From Dendrobates tinctorius (lineage: Eukaryota): DNA of 64,000 nucleotides. Under the pieces are notes generated by a model. That model was not told the origin of the DNA, made no database searches, and was given only the letters and a program-made list of their open reading frames with translations. The translations under genes were made by a program, and so were the position numbers. The stretch covers positions 39,618,001 through 39,682,000 of the forward strand of contig NW_027361775.1 of NCBI RefSeq assembly GCF_039654945.1. The letters are read 5' to 3'. This document shows, in pieces, positions 61,726 through 64,000 of the stretch. The stretch's first letter is position 1, and every line of letters starts with the position of its first letter.

Positions 61726-62857
61726 TGTCATGATCCAGTGTTGGATCTGGCAGTATTAAATGCATTAAGTGAACTTTTTTTCCTTTGGTTCCAAAGTGTG
61801 TCGTGATTGCCCCCGGTGGCCATTAGAATCATCACGTGGTGTCGTTCATTCTAAGTTGCCCGGTGGTGGGGAATGGTATCGCACCTTAGGTTTAGGTTAA
61901 TGTTCACTTAATTATGGATCAGGTGTGACACCCTATAAAGGTGTGCTCAGGGTGTTCACTCACTGCCTGTGATATTGTGAGATTGTTCACTTTGAGTTGG
62001 AGAGCCTGGAGGAAGGATGGAGCTGGTGAGGAGTCCTGCGCAGCTGAGCCAGGGGGGACGTGTTTCAGCTATGGTGTCTGGACAAAGGGCTGGCATGGCG
62101 TGGTGGGGTCGCAGTGATGGAGTCAGCGGGAAGTGTCTGCATGGTCTGGTGGAGTGGCTACTATGGAGAGTGGCACTCACCATGTGGGACTTGGCAGCTG
62201 AGCTGGACTCAAGCATGCTTGACTTCATGGCAGAAGCTGAACACTTCCTTGGGACTCTGGTACTAAGCAGCTGCAACTGGTGTTGGACTCTGCTCTAAGG
62301 CTGCACTAACGTGAAGGATCCTGTTATGGTGATGGATCCAGATGGAGGAGAAGATGCACTCAGGTGGAGGGCTCTGTTGCTAGGAGCGCACGCAACAGAG
62401 CAAAGCTAAGTGGTGTTTCCCCTGTATTGTCTCTTTCCTCATGTGTGTGTTATTAGTGCAGTGGTGGGATTAGTCTCTGCACTGACCCATTCCCTAGTGA
62501 GGGTTTAGGGTCAGGGTGAGCAAGGGCGTTAAGGTACGCGTGCGGCGACAGGTGCGGAGCCTGTTTAGGGAATGTAAGGAGTGCAGCGACACTGGCTCAG
62601 GGGAGCTTAGTAGGTCTCCATGTCCCCATTCCCTATCACATGGCCCACCATTGTTAAAGTTTCCCAGGTTCCCCCTTTATTATCTGATTATTGTATGTAT
62701 AACGTGTAATACCTAAACTCGCCAGGTGGAGGTGGCGTATCCACCTGCACGTTTTATTATTTAAATGCGCCCCACTGGAGGCGGTGTATCCAGGGTCACG
62801 TGTGTTATGGGTCCGCCTTGCGTTAACATCTGCACCCAGACACACGTGATCATGACA
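61726..62857. mobile_element. Solo LTR (same family as 9928-11076)
   Basis: Termini TGTCATGATC...GATCATGACA and perfect 5-bp TSD AATTC (61721-61725 and 62858-62862). The host repeat unit resumes seamlessly. Confidence 0.93.
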
Positions 62858-64000
62858 AATTCCAGGCAAAAACGCCAAATGACGCTGCTTCCCTTCCAAG
62901 CTCTGCCATGCGCCCAAATAGTGTTTTACCCCCACATGTGGGGTATCAGTGTACTCAGGACAAATTGCACAATAACTTTTAGGGTCCTGTTACCCTTGGA
63001 AAAATAAGAATTGAGGGTGAAAAGATCATTTTTGTGGAAAAAATATGATTTTTTAATTGTACGGCTGTATGATATAAACTTCTGTGAAGCCCTTGGGGGT
63101 TTAAAGTTCTCACCACACATCTAGATAAGTTCCTTGGGAGGTCTAGTTTCCAAAATGGTGTCATTTGTGGGGGTTTCCACTGTTTTGGTACATCAGGGGC
63201 TTTCCAATCGCGACATGGTGTCCGATCTCAATTCCAGCCAAAAACGTCAAATGGCGCTGCTTCCCTTCCGAGCTCTGCCTTGCGCCCAAATAGTGATTTA
63301 CCCCCACATGTGGGGTATCAGCATACTCAGGAGAAATTGCACAATAACTTTTAGGGTCCTGTTACCCTTGGGAAAATAAAAATTGGGGGTGAAAAGATCA
63401 TTTTTGTGGAAAAAATATGATTTTTTAATTGTATCGCTGTACGTTATAAACTTCTGTGAAGCCCTTGTGGGTTCAAAGTTCTCACCACATATCTAGATAA
63501 GTTCCTTGGGGGGTCTAGTTTCCAAAATGGGGTCACTTGTGGGGGGTTTCCACTGTTTGCGTACATCAGGGGCTCTCCAAATGTGACATGGCGTCCGATC
63601 TGAATTCCAGTCAATTTTGCATTTCAATTTTGCATTGAAAAAGTCAAACGGCGCTCTTTCCCTTGAGCTCTGCCATGCGCCGAAACAGTGGTTCCCCCCC
63701 ACATATCAGGTATCATCGTACTCAGGACAAATTGCACAATAACTTTTGCAGTCCAATTTCTCCTGTTACCCTTGGTAAAATAAAAAAAATTGAACCTGAA
63801 GTATTTTTTTGTGAAAAAAAGTTAAATGTTCATTTTTTTTAAATATTCAAAAAATTCCTGTGACGCACCTAAAGGGTTAATAAGCTTCTTGAATGTGATT
63901 TTGAGCACCTTAGGGGGTGTGTTTTTATAATTGTGTCATTTTGGGTATTTTCTATCATATAAACCCCGCAAAGTGGCTTCAAATGTGATGTGGTCCGTAA

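Larger units (their letters stand above)
58938..64000 (+). mobile_element. Non-autonomous TTAA-targeting (piggyBac-like) element, runs off the window
   Basis: TTAA|CCCCTT start, colinear with 32481-35627. Telomere-like tract at 60385-60475 and ~370-390-bp internal tandem units from 60490. Confidence 0.9.

Overview
This is eukaryotic, almost entirely transposon-derived DNA. I infer a vertebrate, probably an anuran amphibian, from the spliceosomal introns, TTAGGG-type repeats and repeat families. I found no host gene, tRNA, rRNA or CRISPR array. From left to right: (1) The 3' part of a hAT DNA transposon with an uninterrupted transposase ORF and an internal ~29 x 130-bp tandem array (1-7138), inserted into a TTAA/piggyBac-like non-autonomous element. 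(2) Old hAT relics and solo LTRs (8-15 kb). (3) A full-length Tc1 with one nonsense codon (15787-17392). (4) A full-length PIF/Harbinger with convergent MADF and DDE-nuclease genes separated by an alternating inverted array (17657-24475). (5) A non-autonomous partner of the first hAT (26717-31319). (6) A deep nest at 31-47 kb: Tc1 > fold-back insertion > piggyBac-like element carrying telomere-like repeats, and a chromoviral Ty3/Gypsy containing a Harbinger MITE, a hammerhead-bearing retrozyme/Penelope-like insertion and a Penelope-like relic with its own hAT MITE. (7) Helitron-like elements with minisatellites, Gmr1/SCAN Gypsy relics and two more piggyBac-like elements (49-64 kb). The best leads are the 375-bp hammerhead plus intron fold-back insertion with a 14-bp TSD, the fold-back insertion that copied its own flank, the hAT-borne satellite, the inverted array inside Harbinger, and the telomere-like and CTCF-like motif arrays carried by the TTAA elements. 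Coordinates were read by eye and no database search was run.
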